NCBI RefSeq assembly: GCF_006345805.1 | Contig: NC_043020.1 | Coordinates: 26,350,001-26,414,000, forward strand | Reading direction: 5' to 3' | Source of the DNA: Octopus sinensis | Lineage: Eukaryota | Length of the DNA stretch: 64,000 nt | Part shown: in pieces, positions 39,670-52,316 of the stretch | How positions within the stretch are numbered: position 1 is the first letter of the stretch | Layout: the number at the start of each line of letters is the position of its first letter | Translations under genes and position numbers: made by a program | The notes under the pieces: generated by a model | The model's database searches: none | The model's input: only the letters and a program-made list of their open reading frames with translations | What the model was told of the DNA's origin: nothing

Positions 39670-39892
39670 AATATATTAGGTTATGCAAAACAATGCATAC
39701 CCTCTTCCATACAGCTGCATGGCTAATGTATGGTAAAAGTGTGGAGGTAGTGTGCCTCATGGCTCTAAGCAGGAAGATTTCTACAAAGGATTTTTTTATG
39801 ATCATATTTAGCTTTTGACATGTTTATAGCTTGTTGTGTTTATTAGAATGAGCCATATGTCATTCTCGACATCATGCGGCTGTCTGAACAAA
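39670..39892 (+). CDS. Cluster of two probable small exons (~39670/39680-39727/39732/39746 and 39830/39847-39892), frame unresolved
   Basis: Multiple AG/GT sites. Open readings include VMQNNAYPLPYSCMAN, LCKTMHTLFHTAAWLMYGKSVE, NEPYVILDIMRLSEQ and LVVFIRMSHMSFSTSCGCLNK. Confidence 0.35.
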
Positions 39893-40076
39893 GTGCGTAA
39901 AATGTAAAAGTTAAATAACAGCAGATGGCTCAACCAAAGACAGGCATATAAGTATACTCTATATTATGTGTTGAGTAGTTTTTATGATTTTTTAATTTTT
40001 TTGTTACTCTTGTTCGCTACAAAACAAAAAAGTGTATGTGTGTTTTATGAGTCTCTTTATTCACACACACACACCA

Positions 40077-40125
<49 letters not shown>

Positions 40126-40387
40126 ATGTGCACAGATGATGTCTGTGTGTGAATGTTTGCTTTGTTTCATAATGTGAAATGCTACAGGTGAAACATGATG
40201 GGTGTGATTGATATATATATATACACACACACACATACTTGTGTGTGTGTGGTGTGTGTGTGTGTAAAGGGGGTGGTGTGGATTTCTTCCAAAGTACCTG
40301 AGGGAATGGGGAAGTGCTGTGTTGGGTGGGGTCTGCATAAGTGATTGATGTAGGGCAGATAAAGATGGTTTGGCATCTTCAACTCAT

Positions 40388-40487
40388 NNNNNNNNNNNNN
40401 NNNNNNNNNNNNNNNNNNNNNNNNNNNNNNNNNNNNNNNNNNNNNNNNNNNNNNNNNNNNNNNNNNNNNNNNNNNNNNNNNNNNNNN
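40388..40487. other. Assembly gap (exactly 100 N, size unknown)
   Basis: Run of N. Confidence 1.
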
Positions 40488-40489
40488 AG

Positions 40490-40905
40490 GATGGTCATAG
40501 CCGGAATGTTGAAAGGGAAGCCTGCATTTGGTTGCTTGATTTGCTAGAAATAGCAGTCAAATCTCTCGGATCTTGTCTCACTGCCTTGGAAAAATGAAGG
40601 ACATATTGGATAAGGTAGTATGATATTAGACTTAAAAAAAGGCAGGATGGCTATAGCTGGAGTGGGGTCACTTGATTTGTTAGAAATAGCAACCAAGTCT
40701 CTCAAATCCTTTTTCACAGTCAGAGAAGAATGAAGGACACATTGGGTAAGGTAATCTGATGTAGACTTAAAAATGACAGGGTGGTCATACCTGGAGTGTT
40801 GAGGAAGAAGTCTGTAAGTGGTCACTTGATTTCCTAGAAATGGCAGCCAAATCTCTCACATCTTGTCTCACTGTCTAAGAAGAACGAAGGACATTGGATA
40901 ATATG
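40490..40905 (+). repeat. Three tandem ~140-bp copies of a dispersed element (cttgatttgctagaaatagcagccaaatctctc...gaaggacatattgg)
   Basis: The motif recurs at ~40535, 40670 and 40825; related strings occur at ~15675 and 23000. Confidence 0.8.
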
Positions 40906-41218
40906 TACATACCTACATATATATAATGTATGTATGTTTGTATGTACATATATAATGTCATATATGTATGTATTCTTGCCATCATCCTCATCATCATCGT
41001 CATCATTTCGTCATCATCATTGACGTCATCACCATCATCCCTGTCCTCATAAACCAATTCTTCATGCTGGCATGTTTTGGATGGGTCGTTGTAATCTCAG
41101 TCAGTCCTTATTTGGAGTTATTGCCCTCCTCAAACGGGTCAGAAACCACGTCCCACTTTTAGATTCCATGTGTTAACCTCATAACCCCTAACACCTAACC
41201 CTACCATTCCTGTCTCAG

Positions 41219-41303
41219 AACCATCTCTTGAAATCTAACTGCGAAGAGCATACATTTATCTGTTCCTCTTTCTTGCTGGTGTGCCACATTCTCCGTTATG
41301 AAG
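41219..41303 (+). CDS. Candidate exon (NHLLKSNCEEHTFICSSFLLVCHILRYE-G)
   Basis: cattcctgtctcag acceptor, perfect AAG|gtaagt donor; only phase 0 is open. Confidence 0.45.
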
Positions 41304-43069
41304 GTAAGTTATCAGTTAACATACTCTTCACCACAGTTATGTTTTCCAAGATAGGGTCCTTAAGTACTGAGAAACCTGTGTTAAAATTTAGTTTTAAATA
41401 TTTGTGCCTTCCAAATATATTTTCTATCGAATATCTAAGTATTTAGCTGTTATAGATATTTTGGGATTTATGAAGGTTGCTGAAAAGTTCCTGGCTTTAA
41501 GGGTATCGTGAAAAGCCTGGTTGGGGGCCCAACTGTCCGAGTTCTTTTACAGGGCTTAGAAAAACTGAAGGACCACTGCAATAAGTGTGTGAATCCAAGA
41601 GGGGAATATGTTAGTGTCAATTCACTGCTCCGGTGTAATTTCGGTATAAGTACCGGATACATTTCAAGAAAGTGCTTTTTTATATATGGGGGGGTTAGGG
41701 GTGGGAGAAAAGGGTTTCTGTCCTTGTTTGTCCTCTCTGTGTTTAGCCCCTTGTGGGTAGTAAAGAAATAAGTAATATTTCCCCCCCTGGCTGGACATCA
41801 CTTGATAGTCATAAATGCATGTTACCATCATACAAATGATGTTTGTTTCCAATCCTTCATGGAGACATGTTTGTCCATGATGGGGAACAAAAACACTTTG
41901 CTTGGAAACCAGTGAAGGTTAGCAACAGGAAGAGCATCTGCTCCAGTAAATTCCATTTCATCCATACAAGCATGGAAAAGTGGGTATTAAAACAATGATG
42001 ATAATGATCATGGTCATGGGGATTTAACTGTTTAATTATATAAAATGACCCCGATTCGAGCGTGGTTGTTGCCAATGCCGCTGGACTGGCTCCCATGCAG
42101 GTAGCACATAAAAACACCTTTTGACCATAGTCATTGCCAGAACCACCTGACTGGCCCTCGTGCCGGTGACATGTAAAAAGCACCCACTACACTCTCGGAG
42201 TGGTTGGCGTTAGGAAGGGCATCCAGCTGTAGAGGAGGAATTTCAACTGTGTTTCGTGGTCTGCTACCACAACAGCTCCTTTATAGGATCCAGTTAGCTC
42301 AAGACATCATCAGGAGGAACAACGGCTGGTTTCGGCCCCTACTCCTCTACCGTTCTGATGTGGCAGCCCCTCCCCCCCTTTTGGAGGTGTCTTCAGCTCT
42401 GGTGTTGGGTGCATGTCTTCTTTCTTCTGTTCCCTGGCCTCTTTGATGTATCGTCAGCGAGTGTCAGCCAGTGACGGACTGTCTTGTCAAATTCATTCTT
42501 GCTACCTCGTCGTCAAATTTTTTATAACTCGCCGCATCATTTGCCAGATCAGATTGAGCCTGGTGCAGCCTCTGGCTCACCAGTCCTAAATCAAACCGTC
42601 CAACCCATGCCAGCATGGAAAGCGGACGTCAAACGACGACGACGATGATGATAATGACCCCTGTAGATATTCACCAGTGGAACTAGAAACAACCACCAGG
42701 TATTAGAGACCAATATGGCATTTTAAGTGCTATATTTATTAGTATCATATAATATATATATATGTATGTATGTGTATATATGTGTGTGTATGTATGTGTA
42801 TATATGTGTGTGTATGTGTATATATGTGTGTGTATGTATGTGTATATGTGTGTGTATTTATATGTGCATTGCATGTATGTATATGTTTGTGGGACTACAC
42901 AGCCACAACAGATGCTGCACCAACGTAAGCACCTGACTTAATTACCTCAGGTGCAAATCCATGCTCTCTCAAGACTGATGGCTACCTACTACTACTACTA
43001 TGTTTGTGTGAAAGTGTTTTTTTGTATATGTATGTGTTGATGTATGTATATCTATATATGTGTGTATAT

Positions 43070-43425
43070 AGGTGTAGGAGTGTCTGTGTGGTAAGTAGCT
43101 TGCTTATGAACCAAATGGTTCCGGGTTCAGTTCCACTGTGTGGCACCTTGGACAAGTGTCTTCTACTATAGCCTTGAGCCAACCGAAGCCTTGTGAGTGG
43201 ATTTGGTAGACGGAAACTTAAAGAAGCCCATCATGTTTGTGTGTATATGTTTGTGCGTCTGTGTTTGTCCCCCCCCCCCATCATCACTTGACAACCAATG
43301 CTGGTGTGTTTAGCAGTTCAGCAAAAGAGACCGATATAATAAGTACAAGGCTTACAAAGAATAAGTCCTGGGGTCGACTATAGGTAGTGCTCCAGCATGG
43401 CTGCAGTCAAATGACTGAAACATGT
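43070..43425 (+). mobile_element. Family A SINE
   Basis: Consensus head and tail present. Confidence 0.88.
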
Positions 43426-46100
43426 GAAAGAGAGAAATGTCTATATTTATATATACACACACTCAAACAAATAATATATAAAGTACCTGTTTACATATAT
43501 TTATAGACAACAAAATAAATCAAATTAATTTAACGAATGACTGAAACTATAGAAATGAAATATTGTACTCATTTATAAACCTGAAGATAATCAATATTGT
43601 GTATAAAATTCATCTTTTTGTTCCACACACACACACACACACACACTCCCTATTTCCTCATATACACACAGCTAATCATTGTCTTTGTGTGTTTGTATGT
43701 GTGTATTTGCTAGTAGCTAGTAACATTCATTTCACTCTATCTCTCTCTCTTTCACTTTTACCATCCCCTTCCCATAACAACACAGATTTTTTACACCACA
43801 GGAATTTATCATCTTTTTAATATCAAAGATAAATTAGTTTATAAATCATTCTTTAATTATGCATAATTTTGGAAATATTTTATATATCTGTTGGCACATG
43901 TGTGGCTGTGTGGTATGAAATTTGCTTCCTAACCACATGGTCTTGGATTCAGTTCCACTGCATGGCATCATGGTCAGATGTCTTCTTTTATAACTCTTTA
44001 CTGACCAAAACATTGTGAGTGGGTTTGATAGATGAAAACTGAAAGAAGCCTGTTGTGTATAAGTATATAAATGTATGTGTGTATTACTATCTCTTCAGTT
44101 TGATTTCAGGCAAGTTGTGTACTTTGCAATCTTCCATGAAAACATGTCTGGTCTTGGAGTATATTTTCTTGCTTGGAAACAGGCAAGGGTTGACAACAGG
44201 AAGAGCATCCCTTGTGAGTGAATTTGGTAGACATATATATTATTGTATGTGTGTTTGTGTTCTTGAGCAAGACACTTTATTTCACATTTCTCCAGTTCAC
44301 TCATCTGTAGAAATGAGTTGCAGCATCACTGGTACCAAGCTGTATCAGCCCCTTTGCCTTTTCCTTGGGTAACATTGGTGACATGGAGACAGGAGGCTGG
44401 TATGAAGGGGCAAATGCTGGTCTTCCATAAACAACCTTGCCCAAACTTGTGCTTCGGTGGGGAACTTTCCAGGTGCAATCCCATAGTCATTCATAACTGA
44501 TGGGGGTCTTTACCCTTCATATTTAAACATTGAATGGCTGTAGGCAGAGGTTCAAAAGGGTTCATAGGCAAAAAATGGTTGAGAACCCCTGCATTAGTCT
44601 TTCATCCCCTGGCATGAAACCACCCACTGATACAGCCCCCTACCAAATAGTCCCTACTAAATAATGGAAAGTTTTTCCCTATTCTTTTCCTTTAGTTTTT
44701 TCCCATTCTTTTCCTTTTTCTCTGTTCTGTTTCGGTCTTGCAAATTACATAGCTACCTCACTAGTGCTGGTGCCACATAAAAAGCCAACCAGTACACTCT
44801 GTAAAGTGGTTGGCATTAGGAAGGGCATCGAGCCATGGAAACCATAAAAAGCACCCAGTACACTCTGTAAAGTTGGCGCTAGGAAGGGCATCCAGCCGAA
44901 GAAACCATAAAAAAGCACCCAGTACATTCTATAAAGCGGTTGGCATCAGGAAGGGTATCTAGCTGTAGAAACAATCTAAAGGGGACAGTGGAACTTCACG
45001 TACCCCTGCAGCTTACCAGTTCCCTGTCAGACGATCCAACCCATGCCAACAAGGAAGGTGGATATTCAATGATGATGTTGACGATTATGATGATGGTTAT
45101 GATTCCCTTTTCTTCTTTAAGGAGATTTCACTGCGATTTCTAGGAGATTGAGTGACCATGTCTAGGCCTCCCTAGAAATTGATTGATATGGTAGGAATGT
45201 GTGTGTGTGTTTATATTTGCGTATGTATGTGTGTGTACGTGTTGCTGTGTATCTGTATGTGCTTATATAAGTTTGTATGTGCATGTGCTTGTGTGTGTGT
45301 ATGTGTGTGTGTATGTGTATGTTTGTTTATGTGGTATTGTTTGTGTGTTTGAAAATGCTTGAAAGGTAGAAGTGTAACGTAAACTTTGCTTTTTTAGGTT
45401 TCAAAGCTGATAAGAGTGTGTGTGTGTGTGTGTGTGTGCACGTTCGCATGCATGAATGTTGTGTGGAAGTATATATATATATATATGTGTGTGTACGTGT
45501 TTATATGTATAAACACCTTATATATGTATATATTATGTATATATGTGTGTATATATTATATATTGTGTGTATATATGTATATATATGTGTGTGTTTATAT
45601 GTATAAACACCTTATATATGTATATATTATGTATATATGTGTGTATATATTATATACCTGTATATATTATATTGTGTGTGTATACATGTGTATATATATA
45701 TGTGTGTGTATACATATATATATATGTGTATGTGTGTACATATGTAGATGTATATGTGTGTGTGTGTATGTTTGTGTAGCTATGTCAGTGTACAATGTCT
45801 GTGAGTATGCGTACACGAACACAAACATATCCATGTCTGCTCAATGTATCTCTCTGTATATACGTGTGTGTATGTGTGAAGAGCAATTTTGTGGCCAGCA
45901 ATGAAAATACTTGTGTACATTTGAATGTGTAGGTGTATGCGTATACATGCTGATTTGTATATAAATAAGGGTGTATATGTATATATATTTATGTGTGTAT
46001 GTATGTATGTATATACATACATACAATTATATATATATATACCTATATATATAAATGTATATATATAAATATACATACATATATACATATATTTATACAT

Positions 46101-46142
<42 letters not shown>

Positions 46143-46339
46143 GAGGATATATATAGTGTATATATATATATATAGTGAGGTGTAGTAGAAGGAAAGGAAA
46201 TATAGTAAGAGTAATCCGAGTAGGAGGAAAAGGAAGAGGATATTGGAGGAGGGGAGGGAGAGGGAGGTGTGTGCACCTGGGTGGATGTAAAATAAGGTAG
46301 ATTGATTTCTGATAATGTGAGGTTATTTAGGGGTAGATT

Positions 46340-47240
46340 GGTGGTGGTGGTAGTGGTGAAGACAGTGGTAGGGTATGGGTCATAGTTGTGGGGTGGTGGG
46401 GTGAAGTAGTGATGGTAGCGATGCTGGTTGTGATGGTGGTGGTGATGTCATGATGGTAGAGGTTGGGTATTGGTGATAGTGATGGTGGTGTTGGTGGTGG
46501 TAGTTGTTGTAGTAGTTGTTGTTGTTGTAGTAGCCCTTGCATTTCAATCTCTGCTGCCCCTTGCTTCTTGGCATACTGTTATCAGGATTGGTATGGTGAT
46601 GATGATGATGGTTGGGGTGGTGATGATGGGGAATCTGATGACGACGATGATGATGATGATGGAGATGATGCTGTTGCTGATGATGGAGATGATGCTGATG
46701 ATGGTGATGATGGTGATGATGATGTCAGTAATGTTGGTGAAGATGATGGTAATGATGATAATGGTTGTGATGATGACGATGATGAGGATGATGATGATGA
46801 TGTTTGTGATACCAATGATGTTGGTGCTGATGATGTTGGTGCTGATGGCAATGATGATAATTGTGATAGTGATTATGATGAAGATGATGATGATGGTGAT
46901 GATGTTTGTAATGCTGATGATGATGATGATGGCAATGTTGATGATATTGGTAATGTTGGTGATGATGATGCTGATGATGATAATTGTGGTAGTGATTATG
47001 ATGAAGATGATGATGATGATGATCTTGCTGCTGATAATGATGCTAATAACATTGAGGATATTGTTGATAATGAGGGTTGATGCTGATGATGTTGGCTTTG
47101 ATATTGTGGTGGTGGTGGTAGTGGTGGTGTTGGTGATCATGACGATGACGACGATGGTGATGATGGTGATGCAGCTGGCAAGATAGTGGTGGTAGTAATG
47201 TTGCTACCGTAGATGATAGTGGTGGTGGTGGTAGCGTTGG
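46340..47240. repeat. (GGT/GAT)n cryptic microsatellite
   Basis: Directly visible; explains the poly-Asp/Met ORFs. Confidence 0.92.
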
Positions 47241-47604
47241 TGATATCTAGTAGAATGCGTAGGTGGGTGTTTTGGTTTTTATCGAGAAGAACATTGAGAA
47301 GGATTGCAAAGCGCTTGTGATGTGAAGGCACAGATGGTTCCTTTAAAGGAGTCTTTTGTGTAAGCAAACATGAGTCCCAGAACCTTAAATATATCCATCC
47401 TGAAGCCCCACCCTCATTGGTGCTTACTTGGAAGATCGTCAGTCTGCAAACAGGGCCTTTTAGAGCAGAGCTTCTCAGCCCTTTTTTTTCTACCCATGGA
47501 CCCCTTTAAATCTTATTTTATCCTGGTGGACCCCTATAGTAATTAGATGTTCAGAAAGTGTCCTATTATGCTTTTATAATTGTTATTAGGAGTTCATTTA
47601 CTTG

Positions 47605-47950
47605 TTCTAATCATCTGACTGTAGCCATGCTGGAGCACTGCCTTTAATCAAACAGATTGACCCCAGGACTTATTCTTTATAAGCCTAGTACTTATTTTAT
47701 CGATCTCTTTTGCCGAGCCGCTAGGTTATGGGGATGTAAAGACACCAACATCAGTTGTCAAGCGATGGTGGGGTCACAAGCACACACACACATACACATG
47801 ATGGGCTTCTTTCAGTTTCTGTCTACCAGATCCACTCACGAGGCTTTGGTTGGCCCGAGGCTATAGTAGATGACACTTGCCCAAGGTGTCATGCAGTGGG
47901 ACTGAACCCAGAACCATGTGGTTGAGAAGCAAGCTTCTTATCACACTGCC
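47605..47950 (-). mobile_element. Family A SINE, near full length
   Basis: Reverse complement of the consensus. Confidence 0.88.
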
Positions 47951-47995
47951 AATTCTAAAAATATTTTGTAAATTGTAGATGCATAACCATTTTAT

Positions 47996-48310
47996 TGGGA
48001 GGCAGTTGCCGGCAACCATGGAGACTGGCGACGTACCGTAAAAGAGGGAATACAAAGGAGTGACAGAGAGAGAGAGGAGAAATGGAAAGACAAGAAAAGA
48101 CGTCAACAAGAAACTATGGCATTACAACCAGCCAGGAACAGTCTTCGCTACATTTGCGGTACCTGTCAGAGGGAGTGTTTGTCCAGGATAGGACTACACA
48201 GCCACAGCAGGAAATGTATAAGGGCATGAAATGTAAAAGCCGGACTAGACTACTTTATGCGCAACTCCATTGTCTCCTGAGACAAAAAGGATGCCAACAA
48301 CAACAACCAT
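47996..48310 (+). mobile_element. 5'-truncated RTE (BovB-like) LINE 3' end
   Basis: Open frame 47996-48229, WEAVAGNHGDWRRTVKEG...YICGTCQRECLSRIGLHSHSRKCIRA* (RTE C-terminal Zn-finger-like motif), followed by ccattgtctcctgagac...gatgcc(AAC)n tail. Confidence 0.9.
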
Positions 48311-48725
48311 TTTATTGCAGATAGATTTTAAGAACAAAATCTTATACAAACTGCAGTTGGGAACCTCTGATCTGGAGTATTGGATTGGGAGACCATTAAA
48401 ACGTTGGACCCAGTGTTGCCTTGTGGAATTAAGTTATGGTCCTTTTTGTTCAGAAGTTGACTTCTTTGAGTAGCCATTATCTTCTGAGGTCATATTTATC
48501 TGTTTCCTGTCTCACACCGAAATGCTTGTGGTCTTGGTGCCTATGGGAAAAGTTACACCCAAACTATTACATGCTAATTTAATTAGAAGAGATATTAGAT
48601 ATTTCCTGACATGTTTCTTCAAACCTTGAGAATCTTTCTTAGGAATTTTACAAAATAAATTTCGTTTTTGGATTTGGTTTGCAAGATTCTTTATGTGAGT
48701 TCGTGTGTTGAAGCATATTCTGTTG

Positions 48726-49018
48726 TGTCTGGGGAGAGTCATTTTCTTTTTGTGCCTTATAATGTAACACACTCACCGGTAAAATTTCCACTTTTTTCTT
48801 ATTTTTATTTTCCTAAACTTTTTGTTGCGTCTTGCAACCTTTTCAATAGTCTTGACTCAAGACTATTGAAAAGGTTGTGAGTCTTGAGTCAAGACTATTG
48901 AAAATGTTACAAGACACAACGAAAATTTTAGGAAAATGAAAATAAGAAAAGAGTGGAAATTTTACCGGTGAGTGTGTTACATTATAAGGCACAAAAAGAA
49001 AATGACTCTCCCCAGACA
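48726..49018. mobile_element. 293-bp foldback MITE with ~139-bp inverted arms and an internal palindrome
   Basis: Terminal tgtctggggagagtcattttctttttgtgccttataatgtaacacactcaccggtaaaatttccac matches the reverse complement of the right end. Perfect 21-bp-arm palindrome at 48835-48877. Confidence 0.92.
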
Positions 49019-49074
49019 GGAGATTACAAAATAAAGGATGGAACTTTTTCTGCTGGTGAACAATACAAGTCTCT

Positions 49075-50010
49075 TTCCCAATATATTTTGGTCTCTTGGG
49101 TAGCAGTGTGGTTGTTATTCTAAGTGCACCAATTATCTCAATAATAATTATTTCAGTAATAATTCTCATCTTTGTCTTCCGCAATCTCTTCATCTGTCTA
49201 AGTCCTGATAGTTCTCACTTTTCACAATCTCTTTGATATCTATTCTGTTATCATATAGTATTGAAAGGTCTGTTTGTTCTATGCTCTCTGATCATATCTG
49301 GTTCCCTACTTCAACAGTATGGTCGACCTTTATGGGAAAATTCCATAAAATCCTGTAATTATTACTCAGTTTCAGCTTCTTGCTCATATTTGTACTATTT
49401 CTTTTTCTACCATTTTAAATCTACAAACTTGACCAACGTCCAAATGCAAGCTTTTGCCACCCATAGTCATACTTGTGTTTATACTCTTTTTGTGATAGTT
49501 TACTGCACTCATTTCAGAGACGGCTAACACTATTGTCCTCTTTCCTAAGCATTCTTCATTTCCTCTGTGACTGAGTTTATCAATGTGTGTTTTTATCAAA
49601 TTTGTGCAAATTGCTTAGCATGAATTGGTCGCATAATAACTTCTCATTCTAGCTATTTGTTTCCTCATCTGAATTCCATCTTTCAATTCTCTCGCCATTC
49701 CAGCGACTTCTTTGATATATCTACCTACAGATAATAGTCTATCTTGCACTACAGTGTTTTTCAAACTCAATATTACAGTACTGATGGTGTTTTCTGCATT
49801 AAATAAACCTCTGCTTCCTTCCTTTCTTGGTGGGTAGAGCTTGCCAGTATTGCTTTTAGATCGATGTGCCTTGTCCACTGTGAGCTGCTTCGCAGTACTT
49901 CTACCTAACTTCTGTAACTCTGTCATTGTGCATTTTAGAAACGGAGCAGAATATTTAATGCTTTGATAATATTTCTCTCGTCGTAAGAGATGGAAACAGG
50001 TAAAGCTGGT
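49075..50010 (-). pseudogene. Decayed R4/Dong-like non-LTR retrotransposon (RT thumb to restriction-like endonuclease)
   Basis: IKYSA...ELQKLGRSTAKQLT...KLYPPRKEGSRGL, then CSKLSQKEY, YRILWNF, EPDMI and IIGAL motifs, with frameshifts. Confidence 0.8.
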
Positions 50011-50159
50011 CAATTGGGCTCTGGTGAAGTTGAATGGGCTAATCACCTGTGCAATGGATTTTTGTCAAATTGATTACGAAAACACTGATGATATGTATGA
50101 ATGTATTTATGTATGCTTCTTCTTTGGCTGCCCTTTTGTAGGTTGACATTGACTGTTTT

Positions 50160-50790
50160 TGTTTAGTTACCATCTTTGGCAGGTCTGCATGCGGGCGCCA
50201 AGACTTATTCTTGATCTGAAGCAGTGATGACATTTGGTGCAGGTGAAGCTACCTAATGCAGCAGAGGAGTGATGCCTCTCATGTGTACTTTTGCATTCCC
50301 TCTGTTGTTTCTCTTCAATGGCTAGAATTATGTATTTCTTTATTGCCCACAAGGGGCTAAACACAGAGGGGACAAACAAGGACAGACAAATGGATTAAGT
50401 CGATTACATCGACCCCAGTGCATAACTGGTACTTTATTTATCGACCTTGAAAGGATGAGAGGAAAAATCGACCTCGGCAGAATGTGAACTCAGAATGTAA
50501 CGGCAGACAAAATACCACTAAGCATTTCGCCCGGCGTGCTAACATTTCTGCCAGCTCGCCGCTGGCATAATGGCTAGAATTATGTGTTTCAGCATTGATG
50601 CCATCCATCACACCACAGAGGCTTTTCCTTTCAGGTGTCTGAGATGATGCCAGAGTTATTCATACGTCTTTTCAGTGCATCCCCTTATTGCAACCTCTGG
50701 CCACCATGGCTCTACCTGCCATGATGTAGTTCAACTTAGAAAACTACATTTGGGAGCCTGCTGCCCTCCACCCTGCCAGAAATTCCCCTC
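50160..50790 (-). pseudogene. Decayed RTE LINE 3' region split by a family B SINE
   Basis: RVEGSRLPNVVF*VEL...SHGGQRLQ*GDALKR and FTCTKCHHCFRSRISL motifs. Confidence 0.82.
50334..50568 (-). mobile_element. Full-length family B SINE with a 17-bp TSD
   Basis: TSD AATGGCTAGAATTATGT at 50317-50333 and 50569-50585. Confidence 0.95.
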
Positions 50791-51970
50791 AAACATATAG
50801 TATTCAAATCATCATCATCATCGTTTAACATTCGCTTTCCATGCTAGCATGGGTTGGACGATTTTGACTGAGGGCTGGCGAATCAGATGGCTGCACCAGG
50901 CTCCAATCTTGATTTGGCAGAGTTTCTACAGCTGGATGCCCTTCCTAACGCCAAATATTGTCACCAAATCATTCAGCATTTCACATTGAATTTTTGGTCT
51001 TCCTAGGTTGTCTTAAAAAGGTATAAATCAATCTACCATTTTTGGGGTATAAATTTGGGCCCCTAAAATTCATCTTAATTGCCGGAAAATATGATAACCC
51101 TACATACTATCACTGGTATTGCTTGAAGTCCCCTGCCAAGTTATCCTAGGGTATGCATGGCCCCCCCAGTTACTATGTGGAAAAATGGCGGGGTAGCCTG
51201 GTTGGAGTTTTGGTTGAAGGAGAAGCTGTATATTGTCAAGGAAGACCCACGCATTACGCTGCTCCTCGCTTCACCATGTTCGTGAGTTGATGGTAATGAG
51301 CTGTTGGCAAGAGGGTTGCAAGTGCAGATGCACCAGATACATCATGCCACCACACACACACACACACACACAGAGAGAATCATACACGCATACACGTGTG
51401 TATTTATATGTGTGTGTGTATATTTATATACACACACACATGCAAGAAGTAATATATATACAAGCTTATATGCAGACTTAAACAGTACTACATATACATA
51501 CAGATATGTAGGCACATACAGACACACATGCTCATACACACACATACGTGTGTGTATGTGTATTATGTATATATATATATATATATATTATATATACATA
51601 CATACAAGCAGTAACGTATATACATGCTTATATACAAAGTTAAACAGTACTACACACACACACACACATACAGACATAAATGCTCATACACATGCACCTG
51701 TGTGTATATACATATATATATATACACACATGTATACAAGTAGGAACATATATGCATATATATACACACACATATATATATGTATATGTATATCTATATA
51801 CATATGTATATGTATATATGTATATGTATATATATATGTATATGTATATACATATGCATATGTATATGTATGTATATATATATATGCATATGTATATATG
51901 TATGTATATATATGTATATATATATATATGTATATATATATGTATGTATATATATATATGTATATATATA

Positions 51971-52011
<41 letters not shown>

Positions 52012-52316
52012 GAACTACACAGACTTCTATAAACAAATGTATACACTCATAGACACACACACACACATGCACGCACGGTAACCTGCCTATATACACAAAC
52101 GTTTCAACATCTAAACACTCCAGTTCTCTACAGTAGTTTACCTTCCATCCTGTCATCACATCATCCCACCCCCACCCACCTCTATCTCCAGCTTCCACTC
52201 CACTCCACCCCCACCCCACCCCTTTTCTTCTCTTAACTAACCCCCCCCTGCCAAGGTCACTGCTACATCCACTCTCTCCTTCACTGCCTCTCTCTCTCTC
52301 TATCTTTCAATACACA

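Noticed and set aside
39727-39850. A TGA formed across a splice junction (TG|A) as a selenocysteine codon
   Set aside because: It arises only under one of several unverified donor/acceptor choices, and there is no SECIS evidence.
45121-45190. Candidate exon after ttcccttttcttctttaag
   Set aside because: The sequence resembles the dispersed ggagattt...tttctag repeat, and its readings hit stops.
46463-47080. 205-aa Asp-rich ORF as a biomineralisation-type acidic protein
   Set aside because: It is a GAT/GGT cryptic microsatellite with several frames open on both strands and no signal peptide or splice evidence.
48005-48016. Perfect RFX-like palindrome GTTGCCGGCAAC
   Set aside because: It lies inside the open RTE C-terminal coding sequence (VAGN), so it is probably coincidental.
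48330-48720. Possible Penelope RT/GIY-YIG remnant on the minus strand (RHNRICFN...)
   Set aside because: The similarity to the IIWFNPP motif is too weak to support without a profile search.
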